Notes under the pieces: model-generated | What the model saw: only the letters and a program-made list of their open reading frames with translations | Databases searched by the model: none | Told to the model about the DNA's origin: nothing | DNA from: a virus | Lineage: Duplodnaviria > Caudoviricetes | Direction: 5' to 3' (one strand) | Length of the DNA: 58,173 nt | Virus record (IMG/VR): IMGVR_UViG_3300036853_000164 | Span: 1-58,173 of that record | Position numbers and translations under genes: made by a program | Shown here: positions 29,306 through 37,705 of the stretch, piece by piece | How the letters are laid out: every line of letters begins with the position of its first letter | Numbering within the stretch: position 1 is the stretch's first letter

Positions 29306-29530
29306 ATGTGGATCAGCGCTAATGCTTGGTACGCGTTGGTGGACTCGATCAACAACACCGAGGCGACCGTCCTTAGACTTGAAACGAAGATGGCGGCCCT
29401 GGGCAAAGCTATTGCCCTGCTTGGGAAATTGCCGCCTGACGTGCAGGCAAAACTCAACAAGATTTTCGACACTGCGACCGGGGACAGTGCGAAGATCGAC
29501 GCTGCCACATCCCCTGATCAGAAGGAGTGA
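29306..29530 (+). CDS. Small helical protein, paralogue of the next gene
   Basis: LPPDVQAKLNKIFD..D.AKIDAA. Confidence 0.7.
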   Translation: MWISANAWYALVDSINNTEATVLRLETKMAALGKAIALLGKLPPDVQAKLNKIFDTATGDSAKIDAATSPDQKE

Positions 29531-29533
29531 TCC

Positions 29534-29755
29534 ATGGTTGACCATACCCCAGACGAAACCCTCGCCGCAGTGACCGCCGCAGACTCGAAGGTTGACAGCA
29601 TTATCGCCTTTGCTGCCGGCCTGAAGCAACAGTTGAAGGATGCCCTCGCTGGAGTGACGTTGCCGCCGGCAGTGCAGGCGAAAATCAACAGCATCTTCGA
29701 TCTCTCGACGGCGGACGCCGCCAAGGTCGATGCTGCAATGGAAGCAAATACGTAA
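29534..29755 (+). CDS. Small helical protein, paralogue of the previous gene
   Basis: LPPAVQAKINSIFD..D.AKVDAA; AAGGAG RBS. Confidence 0.75.
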   Translation: MVDHTPDETLAAVTAADSKVDSIIAFAAGLKQQLKDALAGVTLPPAVQAKINSIFDLSTADAAKVDAAMEANT

Positions 29756-29814
29756 CACGTCCTGACGCAACGCGAAAACCCCACGCCCCCCCCCTCGCAC
29801 CGTCAGGATTGTGA

Positions 29815-29856
29815 GCGGCCCCGATCTTCCTCCTTGGAAACCGGGGCCGTTTTTTT
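29815..29856 (+). terminator. Rho-independent terminator
   Basis: GCGGCCCCG...CGGGGCCG followed by a T7 run. Confidence 0.8.
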
Positions 29857-29874
29857 AACCAAAGGAGAACGGCC

Positions 29875-30105
29875 ATGCTCACGGCTCTTGTTAATCTCGT
29901 TGTATATCTTCTTGTGGCCGGCATCATTATCGGGCTGTTGCTGTACCTCGTTAACATCTCTCCGGTCCCAGAACCCTATAAAGGTTGGCTTTGGTTTCTG
30001 GTGATGGCGATCGGAATTCTTATTGTGATCTATGCGCTTATAAACCTGATCGGGGGCGGAGGGGTTGGGGGCCTGAGTATACCGTCGTTGCCCAGAATTA
30101 AGTAG
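29875..30105 (+). CDS. Two-TM membrane protein
   Basis: Two hydrophobic helices joined by 'PVPEPYK'; AAGGAG RBS. Confidence 0.8.
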   Translation: MLTALVNLVVYLLVAGIIIGLLLYLVNISPVPEPYKGWLWFLVMAIGILIVIYALINLIGGGGVGGLSIPSLPRIK

Positions 30106-30114
30106 GTGGCGCTT

Positions 30115-30228
30115 ATGTACCGGCACTGGCGGCAGTCCAGCCCGTTCCGCGATTCGATGATCCGCATCGCAATCGCGTTCGGCTTTGTGGCCGTTATCGT
30201 CGTGGCCGCTTGGCTGCTCGGAGAGTGA
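30115..30228 (+). CDS. 37-aa single-TM peptide
   Basis: MYRHWRQSSPFRDSMIRIAIAFGFVAVIVVAAWLLGE*. Confidence 0.45.
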   Translation: MYRHWRQSSPFRDSMIRIAIAFGFVAVIVVAAWLLGE

Positions 30229-30407
30229 GCGTTTGGATGACGTTCCCGACCTCAAAGCGTGGCAAGCGGCGCTATCAGCTTTCCAGGAGGCGGCTGGAAC
30301 AGATTGCAATGTTAAATTGCAGTACACGATCGCGTGGGCTGCGGCGATGAGCGCGGTGATGGCGTTCAACAGGGAAATGAGGTCGCGGGACAGACCGATG
30401 GCTTCCG

Positions 30408-30992
30408 ATGGCTGAATCTTCCGATGGCCTCAAGGAACTGAGAAGCGCCGTCGCCGATCTGCATAAAGCGATTGACCTGGTGCGCGATCAGCGCGGCGTG
30501 TGGCAGCTACCACAGACACAGACGTTGCCGGTACAGGCAACTGGCTGGAATTTTGAGACATTCGAAAAGTTCATCAATCAGCGCTTCGCCGACTTGTCGC
30601 TACAGCTCCGCGAGCGCTACGAGGCACAGCAAACCGGAGTCACGGCCGCTCTTGCTGCCGCCGAGAAGGCGGTAAACGCCGCGCTGATCGCCGCCGAGAA
30701 GGCGGTCGACAAGGCAGAGGGCGCGCAGCAGCTCCGCAACGAGGCGCAGAACGAGTTCAGAAAATCACTTTCAGATCTTTCCGGCTTGATGTGGACGATC
30801 AAGGAAGGGCAGGCGGCCGTCGACGCCGTAAGGCGCGAATTCAATCTCACTCAAAAACAATCGGAAGAACGCATCAACAAACTTGAGGCCGGCGCGTCCA
30901 ACATTCAGGGGCGCATCTGGGCAATCAGCGCCGTGTGGGCGATCATCACACTAGGGGTCATCATCGGATCAAGGTTTATAGGTGGTCACTAA
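30408..30992 (+). CDS. Coiled-coil protein with C-terminal TM
   Basis: AAEKA repeats, hydrophobic C-terminus. Confidence 0.7.
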   Translation: MAESSDGLKELRSAVADLHKAIDLVRDQRGVWQLPQTQTLPVQATGWNFETFEKFINQRFADLSLQLRERYEAQQTGVTAALAAAEKAVNAALIAAEKAVDKAEGAQQLRNEAQNEFRKSLSDLSGLMWTIKEGQAAVDAVRREFNLTQKQSEERINKLEAGASNIQGRIWAISAVWAIITLGVIIGSRFIGGH

Positions 30993-31039
30993 AACGCCGA
31001 GAGAAAAACAAGAGCGCAGAAATCAATGAGCCTCGGAAA

Positions 31040-31447
31040 ATGGGAATACCGGTAGTGCCGTCGGACGGGAATGCTGTTTTGACTCTGCTCGGCTACATTT
31101 CAACTTTCATCGTCACCCTGGTTGGCGCGGCCGTGACGGTGACGTTTAAGCTGGCGGCTGAGCGCCGTGCGGTAGAGGAAAAGATGGAGGCGAGGTTCGA
31201 GGCTGCGCGCGCGGAACGAAGACGAGAGATCGAGGCAGCAGAGCGAAACGCCGGAGAAGGAATAAAGGCAGTGAGAGAAAAGGCGAACGAAATAGAATTG
31301 TGGACGCGTGATAATCTGGTTCGCAGGGAAGACTTCAAGATCGCCGTCGAGGGCCTATCGAGGACGGTGGAGAGAATAGACAACAAGCTCGACCGGATCG
31401 CTCAGAACATCCGAGAGGACCGGATCGATCGGGACGCCTCGTCGTGA
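31040..31447 (+). CDS. N-terminal TM + coiled-coil protein (lysis accessory-like)
   Basis: TM then charged heptads ending 'RIDNKLDRI'. Confidence 0.65.
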   Translation: MGIPVVPSDGNAVLTLLGYISTFIVTLVGAAVTVTFKLAAERRAVEEKMEARFEAARAERRREIEAAERNAGEGIKAVREKANEIELWTRDNLVRREDFKIAVEGLSRTVERIDNKLDRIAQNIREDRIDRDASS

Positions 31448-31501
31448 AATGGGTGCGGGCCGCGGGCGCCAGTCGGAATCAGCCGACGAGCTTTTCTGGG
31501 G

Positions 31502-31960
31502 TCAGTACGGCCAATTAAACCCTAGCAAAGTCCTGATCTTTTGAAATCCGCTTTGCCGCCAGCCCGATAAGTGAAGGCGGGCAACCTCCCGATCGTAATT
31601 ACGCTGGCGTTGCGTCATGATCTTGACGGACATGGACCAGGAGCGCTTGTTGGCGATGTCCGGATCGAGGTGACAGACGATCCGCGCCCGGTCGCGAAGC
31701 TCGAAATCGACGACTTCGGGGAGGCCAAATAGCTTGATGTATTCGGTGGCGCCGATGATGCGGTTTTCGTAGGGCAGTTCATTGACCGCCGCGGGCGCCC
31801 CATAGGGCGCCCCATAGGAAAGGCCGATCGAGGCATTACCAAGGCCAGGCGCGCCCGCCATCCCGATCGTTTGGCCGACCTCGGCATCAATGGCCGCCTT
31901 CGCCGCAAGCGGTGTCGCGCCGATAACTCCAAAGAATCGGCGGCGGGTTGCTTGAGGCAT
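31502..31960 (-). CDS. Hypothetical protein with Tat-like leader
   Basis: MPQATRRRFFGVIGATPLAAKA. Confidence 0.6.
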   Translation of the reverse strand: MPQATRRRFFGVIGATPLAAKAAIDAEVGQTIGMAGAPGLGNASIGLSYGAPYGAPAAVNELPYENRIIGATEYIKLFGLPEVVDFELRDRARIVCHLDPDIANKRSWSMSVKIMTQRQRNYDREVARLHLSGWRQSGFQKIRTLLGFNWPY

Positions 31961-31961
31961 C

Positions 31962-32324
31962 TTAATACGGCTCAATGGTCACGCTGCCATAGAATGGCGA
32001 CCCCCACTGCGCCACCCAGTCGATCCACCTGGCGATTTCCTTCTTGTCCTTCTCCGAGGTGGCGGCAAGGATTTCCTTGACCTTGGGGACAGGGAAGTTG
32101 CCCTTGAACTCGCCCTCCCGCGGGGCGGCCACCTTGACGACGCCGAGGCCTTCGACGTCGCACTTGAAGCCGTCGCCCGCCTCCTTGGCGCGCTTCTTCA
32201 GCTCGGACTTGATCTCCTCCAGCCGGGCCCGGTCGGGGGCGATCTTGATGTCGATCTTCAGGGCCTCGCGGACGAGGGCGTCGAGGTCGGTGGATTCGGT
32301 TACCTTCAGGGCGGCGGCGGGCAT
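31962..32324 (-). CDS. Hypothetical protein
   Basis: 120 aa, strong GC3 bias. Confidence 0.7.
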   Translation of the reverse strand: MPAAALKVTESTDLDALVREALKIDIKIAPDRARLEEIKSELKKRAKEAGDGFKCDVEGLGVVKVAAPREGEFKGNFPVPKVKEILAATSEKDKKEIARWIDWVAQWGSPFYGSVTIEPY

Positions 32325-32391
32325 GGGATTCCCCGGATCATGGCGGCCGGGAGAATCGCAGGGAAAGGATTAAAAGTCTAGGGCGGAGTTC

Positions 32392-32580
32392 CTAGGCGAC
32401 GCCCTTCCGCGCGTCAACCATGGCTCGATATATTCGCTCAACCAATAGACTATCCCACTCCATCAACTCATCCGTTATTCCCGACTCCCCCAGAACCCGG
32501 CAACCCGCCTCAATCATTTCCGGCGTAACGGCGTCATAGGTCCTACGGACACAATCCACGGCTTCTTCTTTCGTCATCAC
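32392..32580 (-). CDS. Hypothetical protein
   Basis: 'VTPEMIEAG' small phage protein. Confidence 0.6.
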   Translation of the reverse strand: MMTKEEAVDCVRRTYDAVTPEMIEAGCRVLGESGITDELMEWDSLLVERIYRAMVDARKGVA

Positions 32581-33056
32581 TCGCCCTTTCCCTCTGGTGG
32601 ACGGGGAGCGAGGGTCGCGTCGGTAGCGGTGCGCTCAAGGAAGGCGCGGGCAATCTCAGCATTACTCATCAGGTTGTCGACACACTGACGCTTCCCGGCG
32701 ATGATCTCAATCACCTCCCGTGCGGCGGCAAGGTCGGTCTCGGCGCGCTCCAGTCGAACGGACAAATCAGCTTTTTCATTGCAGACGCGGTATAGCTTAC
32801 CGATCTGCTCGCTCTTGCTCGCGATCTCCCGCTCCGCTTCAGCGAGCTCGGCGCGGAGGCGGGCGATTTCTGACTCCAGTCGCGCAAAGACATGCTCGGA
32901 CCGAAGTTCCTCGTTCTCGGCGCTGAGGCGATCGTTCTCCTCCTGCAGCCGCCTCGGCAAAACCGCCAGCTCGGCGCGGAGGCGGTCGTATTCTTCGCGG
33001 GTGACGATCTCTATTCTGGCCGCCCGCACTATTGGTAGCTCAAGATCGTCGCTCAT
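32577..33056 (-). CDS. Coiled-coil hypothetical protein
   Basis: 159 aa, heptad repeats. Confidence 0.65.
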   Translation of the reverse strand: MSDDLELPIVRAARIEIVTREEYDRLRAELAVLPRRLQEENDRLSAENEELRSEHVFARLESEIARLRAELAEAEREIASKSEQIGKLYRVCNEKADLSVRLERAETDLAAAREVIEIIAGKRQCVDNLMSNAEIARAFLERTATDATLAPRPPEGKGE

Positions 33057-33427
33057 GTTCCGCTCCCCTGCCTCCGTGTCGCGCTATCGGGGCGCAGTGT
33101 TGGAACGAGATCGCGGGACACACGGATGTGTGTTGATCCAGCGGGCATAGAATTCTTCAAAGTCTCCCACTGCGTCCGCACAGGCAACATTGTTTGGCTC
33201 ACGCCTCATGCTCCGCTCCTCTGCCTACCTGGTTGGGCGTAGTACCGCGACCAAATCCCGGCCGGTTCAACAATGTGACAGAATTCCCCGTCGCTGCGTT
33301 CGCGAATTACCTCGATCCAGACGCCTCCCATTTCAACATCGACGACGGTGTGCCCTCCGCTTTTACGAAGCCTCACGCCCATGACCGGCACGTCCATTTC
33401 AGTCTCGCTCATGCTCCGCTCCCCTGC
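33052..33427 (-). repeat. Three copies of a 20-bp gene-boundary linker (33052-33071, 33205-33224, 33408-33427)
   Basis: Minus-strand consensus GCAG(G/A)GGAGCGGA(G/A)CATGAG. Confidence 0.85.
33206..33412 (-). CDS. Hypothetical protein
   Basis: MSETEMDVPVMGVRL..., bounded by linker repeats. Confidence 0.6.
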   Translation of the reverse strand: MSETEMDVPVMGVRLRKSGGHTVVDVEMGGVWIEVIRERSDGEFCHIVEPAGIWSRYYAQPGRQRSGA

Positions 33428-33621
33428 GATTCCCTCTGAGGAAATATCCCGGCGCCGCAATCAGGGCATCGCCACCCGATGGTCATGTCGTCATTAAAGT
33501 CGTAGATCGCGATGCCGCGGTTAAAGTGCGTGGCGTTGCCGTAGCTCGCGCGGCGATCCTCTGGGATTGCGGCACCCTGCCAGGACGCGCGGCATCTTGG
33601 GCATTTTTCTAGGGTCATCAC
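33409..33621 (-). CDS. Small zinc-ribbon protein
   Basis: CPRC...WRCPDC. Confidence 0.65.
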   Translation of the reverse strand: MMTLEKCPRCRASWQGAAIPEDRRASYGNATHFNRGIAIYDFNDDMTIGWRCPDCGAGIFPQRESQGSGA

Positions 33622-33643
33622 GTCGCGCTCCTCCTCAAGGCAA

Positions 33644-33832
33644 TCACCGCCGCCTCACCTCGATGACGTAGGTCTCTGCGCACTTCACGCAGATCGCCCG
33701 CATGTCCCCAGCGCCAGCGGGTAGCATCTCGCCATCATGGCGAGTGGGGTTATGCCTGTCATAGGCAAGCGGCGCGTCGTAGAAGGTTTTGCATTTGCAC
33801 ACGTCACAGAGCCAGTAGTCAATTAGTGCCAT
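33644..33832 (-). CDS. Small zinc-ribbon protein
   Basis: CDVC...CVKC; GAGGAGGAG RBS. Confidence 0.6.
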   Translation of the reverse strand: MALIDYWLCDVCKCKTFYDAPLAYDRHNPTRHDGEMLPAGAGDMRAICVKCAETYVIEVRRR

Positions 33833-33847
33833 TATTCGCACTCCTCC

Positions 33848-34369
33848 TCAGGGGTGTGCCGATCTAGCCGAATCTGGACTGACCTGGGCAGTCGCGCGCC
33901 TCGCCATCTTCATTGACCTGAGACTAGTAGGCTTTGGCTTCGCCTTTACCAGGAGCTTCGGTCCGGGCTTTCCCCGTCTCGGCTTCGGCGCCATGGCATT
34001 GAGAAGCTCCAGAAGGCTCTCAAGGCCCCATTCGTTCATCGCCGAATTCACGATGTTGCAGACGATGCGAAGATTGCCGTCGACATAGCCGAGAGCCGGC
34101 ACGATGCGATCGAGACTCGGCCCGAACGGGTCTTTGCGATACCCCTCCCGATAGCCCCTCGGGGCCTTGAGCGGAATGCCGCTTACCGCGCATCGCCAAT
34201 TCTGGTCAACGAGGAGCCGATCAATCAGGTGATCGTCGATATTGCAGGGGACGCTCTTCGTGCGCGAACGCTCACGCGCGGCGTTCTTAGTCTGCACGCA
34301 ATACCGCCAGAATGCCTGACGCTCTTCTGGGCTTATTTGCGCTAATCTGGGTAGTTGCATTTTTGCCAC
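33848..34369 (-). CDS. His-Me finger/HNH-like endonuclease
   Basis: 'CAVSG...SLDRI....GYVDGNLRIVC..VN.AMN'. Confidence 0.7.
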   Translation of the reverse strand: MAKMQLPRLAQISPEERQAFWRYCVQTKNAARERSRTKSVPCNIDDHLIDRLLVDQNWRCAVSGIPLKAPRGYREGYRKDPFGPSLDRIVPALGYVDGNLRIVCNIVNSAMNEWGLESLLELLNAMAPKPRRGKPGPKLLVKAKPKPTSLRSMKMARRATAQVSPDSARSAHP

Positions 34370-34510
34370 AAATCTATTCCTTTAATATATTCAAATAGTT
34401 AAGATGTGCGCGACTTACATTTCCAATACGTCTGTTCATTTAGTTTCCAATGAGTTAGGCGGTCGAATCTGGCGTTTCGCAGCTATTTCTGTTCCTTAAA
34501 GGTTCGGATG
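34370..34510. other. Candidate attP region
   Basis: AT-rich non-coding island downstream of the integrase with two IHF-like sites (34389-34401, 34445-34457). Confidence 0.5.
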
Positions 34511-34514
34511 AAGC

Positions 34515-34712
34515 TCACACGAAGCCCTTGTCGATCGCCAGCCATTCCGGCATCGTGACGATGAACAAGCCCTTTTGAGGGGCCGGTTCGATCTCGATCT
34601 GGCTTTTCGGAAGCCATTTGGCTTCGTCGCCGCGTCCGGCGTCAGATACGAGGACGGCCCCGGCCGTCTCCGCATGCTTCGACACGGTGATGTCGATCAG
34701 GTCACTTTTCAT
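34515..34712 (-). CDS. Hypothetical protein
   Basis: 'WLPKSQIE...MPEWLAIDKG' conserved small phage family. Confidence 0.75.
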   Translation of the reverse strand: MKSDLIDITVSKHAETAGAVLVSDAGRGDEAKWLPKSQIEIEPAPQKGLFIVTMPEWLAIDKGFV

Positions 34713-34912
34713 TTCCCTTCCCTCCGCATCTTCGCCTTGTCCATCGCCGTCCGGTCCAGCACTGGGGCAGCCTCGTTCTTTAGAAAAACCTCGACGGCAA
34801 GATTGCCGAAGTTCCTGGTGTCCACGCGGACGTGATCAATCTCGCGGCCGGTCGCGTTCACGAAATCGATCAGCGCCCGCTGGATGGCATTCTCCAATTC
34901 GTCGACGGTCAT
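34709..34912 (-). CDS. Hypothetical protein carrying a copy of the integrase C-terminal tail
   Basis: MTVDELENAIQ...VLDRTAM. Confidence 0.6.
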   Translation of the reverse strand: MTVDELENAIQRALIDFVNATGREIDHVRVDTRNFGNLAVEVFLKNEAAPVLDRTAMDKAKMRREGK

Positions 34913-35841
34913 TCCCCGCCTCGCTTCTTGTCCCGCGCCCGTTCGATCGCCGTCCGGTCCAGCACATGCACCGCGGCCAGCGCGTTCTCCCGCTGGATCG
35001 AGTAGCGGCAGTACCGCGTCACCATCTGGGCCGACATGCCGATCATGTCGCTGATCTGCGGGATGGTCGCCCCGGCCCGGCGCAATCGCACCACGGCGGT
35101 TCCCCGCAGCCCGTGCATGACAAGCCCAGCCTCCTTGAGCGGCGCCAGGGCGGGCTTGGTGTTGCGCTCCCGCAGCCATTGGTTGGAGAGCTGCTGACGG
35201 GTGAACGGGTGACCGTACTCCTTGAGCAGAATGAAGCCCGGCCGGCGCTCCCATGAGGCGATTGCCGCCTGCAGCGCGGCCGTGAACGGCACCCATAGTT
35301 CGAGCCCCGTCTTGACCTGGGTGACGTTGATGCCGGGCCGGCCCTCCACCTCCTCGATGTCGGTCCAGCGCATCTTGACGAGGTCTGAGCCGCGCTGGCC
35401 GGTGTTGGCGGCGAGCGTGACGACGCGGGCGAGGTGCGTACGGCAGTGTTGCTCGGCGAGGGCCACCTGCTCGTCTGTCCACGGGATATGACCGCCGGTG
35501 CCGCCTGGCGCCTCGGTCCCGAGCGTAATCTGGCGGGGCAGAAGGTCCCGGACCAGGGCCCACTTCTCTAGGGATTTAATCGCAGTCTGCGCGCACTTTT
35601 GTTGCGCTGGCCGATCGGCGAGGCCGTCGAGGAACGCCTGCACGAGCGCTGGGCGCATTTCATCCACAGGAATCGCACCGAGAATGTCCGACCGTTCGGC
35701 GAGGTTGAGCAGGTGCCGGTAATGAACTTGCGTCGAGCGCGAGAGCGCTTCGAACTTGGGCGACATGAGGAAAGCGCGGACGACAGCCGCAAAACTCCCC
35801 GTCTTGATCTTAGTGACCTTGGGCCGCCCGTCGTGTTGCAT
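34909..35841 (-). CDS. int: Tyrosine integrase
   Basis: Catalytic residues in TGQR, KT, HGLR and C-terminal RY. Confidence 0.9.
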   Translation of the reverse strand: MQHDGRPKVTKIKTGSFAAVVRAFLMSPKFEALSRSTQVHYRHLLNLAERSDILGAIPVDEMRPALVQAFLDGLADRPAQQKCAQTAIKSLEKWALVRDLLPRQITLGTEAPGGTGGHIPWTDEQVALAEQHCRTHLARVVTLAANTGQRGSDLVKMRWTDIEEVEGRPGINVTQVKTGLELWVPFTAALQAAIASWERRPGFILLKEYGHPFTRQQLSNQWLRERNTKPALAPLKEAGLVMHGLRGTAVVRLRRAGATIPQISDMIGMSAQMVTRYCRYSIQRENALAAVHVLDRTAIERARDKKRGGE

Positions 35842-36079
35842 TTGTAATGCTCGCTGCAATATCAATCTTGGACGGTGCCATGGTAGCGTCGTCAGGGGCA
35901 AGGTGACGCTCGACTTCCTTCCATGACCATAGCCGTTTGCCCCCGACCTTCTTCGGTGCGGGAAATAGTCCCATCTTCACCCAGTTCTCGATCGTGGACT
36001 CGCCGGCGCTGATGTGCGCGGAAAGCGTCGCCAAGTCTTGAAATGGGGGGATGAAGCCGGGCGGGCGGTCGTAGCTCAT
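35810..36079 (-). CDS. xis: Excisionase / AlpA-like HTH
   Basis: 'STIENWVKMGLFPAPKKVGGKRLW'; overlaps the int start. Confidence 0.75.
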   Translation of the reverse strand: MSYDRPPGFIPPFQDLATLSAHISAGESTIENWVKMGLFPAPKKVGGKRLWSWKEVERHLAPDDATMAPSKIDIAASITNATRRAAQGH

Positions 36080-36119
36080 GGTGCCACGTCGCCTCTGGGC
36101 GGAAGGAGGAAGCGGAGAG

Positions 36120-36623
36120 TCATGGCCAGACCTCCAGCGCGGTCCCACTCTTGATGTAGAGAGGGTGCTTCGGAGCGCCTGATTTCGTCTTGCCGAAGCA
36201 ATACGCGGCAGGCCGGCGAGAGCGCACCGCGTTGCGAACGTCGATCGAGGCCGCGCCGATTGCCATCGGATGAGCGCCCCAGGCATAGATCGCGATATCG
36301 TAGCGCCCGACTGCATCCTCGACAATTGCTAGGTTTCTGGGGCCGACCGGATCGGTGGCCTTGCACAGCGCTTCCGGATCGGTTGCCCGGAAGGCAAATA
36401 GATTGACGACCTCAAAGCTGCCGTAGCTGAGGCCGCGCAACAGTCGTGTCAGGGACCGGATCGTGGCATCATCAACCTCGGCATCTGCGGTGCTCGGATT
36501 GAGCATGATGACCAGCGCCCGAGGTTTGGCGTGGTCCCATGTCCGGCGCAACAGGTAACGATAAGTGCCACAATCCGACATGACGGCATCGCGCTCTATG
36601 AAGAGGTCGCCCATCTCAGTCAT
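36120..36623 (-). CDS. DUF1643 family protein
   Basis: 'YRYLLRR.W', 'IMLNPSTAD', 'NLFAFRATDP', 'PKHPLY'. Confidence 0.9.
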   Translation of the reverse strand: MTEMGDLFIERDAVMSDCGTYRYLLRRTWDHAKPRALVIMLNPSTADAEVDDATIRSLTRLLRGLSYGSFEVVNLFAFRATDPEALCKATDPVGPRNLAIVEDAVGRYDIAIYAWGAHPMAIGAASIDVRNAVRSRRPAAYCFGKTKSGAPKHPLYIKSGTALEVWP

Positions 36624-36660
36624 GCAGCCTCCGGCGGCCGGCAGCAGCGGAGTTCCGTTT

Positions 36661-37389
36661 TCATGTCGCGGACCTCGGATATTCCCTGATCATGAGATCG
36701 TTTGGGATCGGAGCGAATGGCTTTCGCTTGCCGCCCATCTGTTTCACAAAGAAGTAGATGCCCTGGCGGCGGCATTGGTCGCGAAGACGGCGCGCCCATT
36801 CGAGGTCAAATGCTCGCGCATGCGGGCCAGATTCCCCACCGACGATCAGCCAATCGAGCGGCGCATCGCGGTCAAGCATAAGAGGTCCGAGCGCTGGCTC
36901 GTAGGAAATGAAACGTACCGCGGCCGGTACTTTGTAGAGGTGATTGGCGCGCCGATCGTACTCGTCCTGATTTTCCGCCGTCATGCCCAGCCAGACGTTG
37001 GGCCAAAGGCCGTCATTCCATCCGGCGGGCAACATCTTTGCGATGTTCTGCGGCCGCTTGGTGAGAATCAGCCAGTCGAGATTCGGGGTCTCGTCGATGA
37101 CGCGCCAAGCGTCGGCCCGCCATTCATTAGGCACTTGATTGTCGAAGAAATCGGCGAGGCTGTTCGTGAAGACCTTTGGCCGCGTTGCGGCGCCAGCAGC
37201 GCGCTTGTTCCACTTGTGCGGCTCGGCCCATGTCTTGGTGCGGCGCCGCTCGCCCTGCCATAGCTCGGGATGGCCGGCACGCTTCGCCCATGTCTCAGCG
37301 TAGCAGAAGTCGCAGGCCGCCGAGAGCTTGGCGCAACCTACCCAAAAGTTGTGCGTGAAATCGCACCATTCTATTTTTGTTTCACCCAT
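36661..37389 (-). CDS. DUF5131 (phage Gp37/Gp68) family protein
   Basis: 'TKIEWCD.T.N.W.GC.K.S..C..CYAE', 'ILTKRP', 'WLIVGGESG'. Confidence 0.9.
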   Translation of the reverse strand: MGETKIEWCDFTHNFWVGCAKLSAACDFCYAETWAKRAGHPELWQGERRRTKTWAEPHKWNKRAAGAATRPKVFTNSLADFFDNQVPNEWRADAWRVIDETPNLDWLILTKRPQNIAKMLPAGWNDGLWPNVWLGMTAENQDEYDRRANHLYKVPAAVRFISYEPALGPLMLDRDAPLDWLIVGGESGPHARAFDLEWARRLRDQCRRQGIYFFVKQMGGKRKPFAPIPNDLMIREYPRSAT

Positions 37390-37705
37390 GGTCGCGCCTC
37401 GCTCCAATCTCAATCACCCGCACCAGTCCAATCACTTGCTGGGCACAGTCGTTGCTCTGGCTCTTGAGCCGCGCTGCGCAGGCCTCGGTTGTCCAATCCT
37501 CTTTCGGGCCCAAGCCGCGCTCGAACGCCGTCGCCATGTCGTCGATGGCGCCGAGCCACGCATTACGCAGCACGCGCGGTCCTTCCGTAGGTTCGGCGCG
37601 GCCCCTTGCGCTGTCCGGGACACCGGGGCCGCGCCGACAGCCTGCTTCAACGCCGTTTGCGGTCGGCGCCACAGGGCTGATGGTGTTGGTGTTGCGGATG
37701 GTCAT
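37382..37705 (-). CDS. Hypothetical protein
   Basis: Coupled to neighbours in the early operon. Confidence 0.5.
   Translation of the reverse strand: MTIRNTNTISPVAPTANGVEAGCRRGPGVPDSARGRAEPTEGPRVLRNAWLGAIDDMATAFERGLGPKEDWTTEACAARLKSQSNDCAQQVIGLVRVIEIGARRDHG

Noticed and set aside
33052-33427. CRISPR mini-array
   Set aside because: Spacing of 153 and 203 bp is gene-sized and irregular, the repeats are RBS/start linkers, and there are no cas genes
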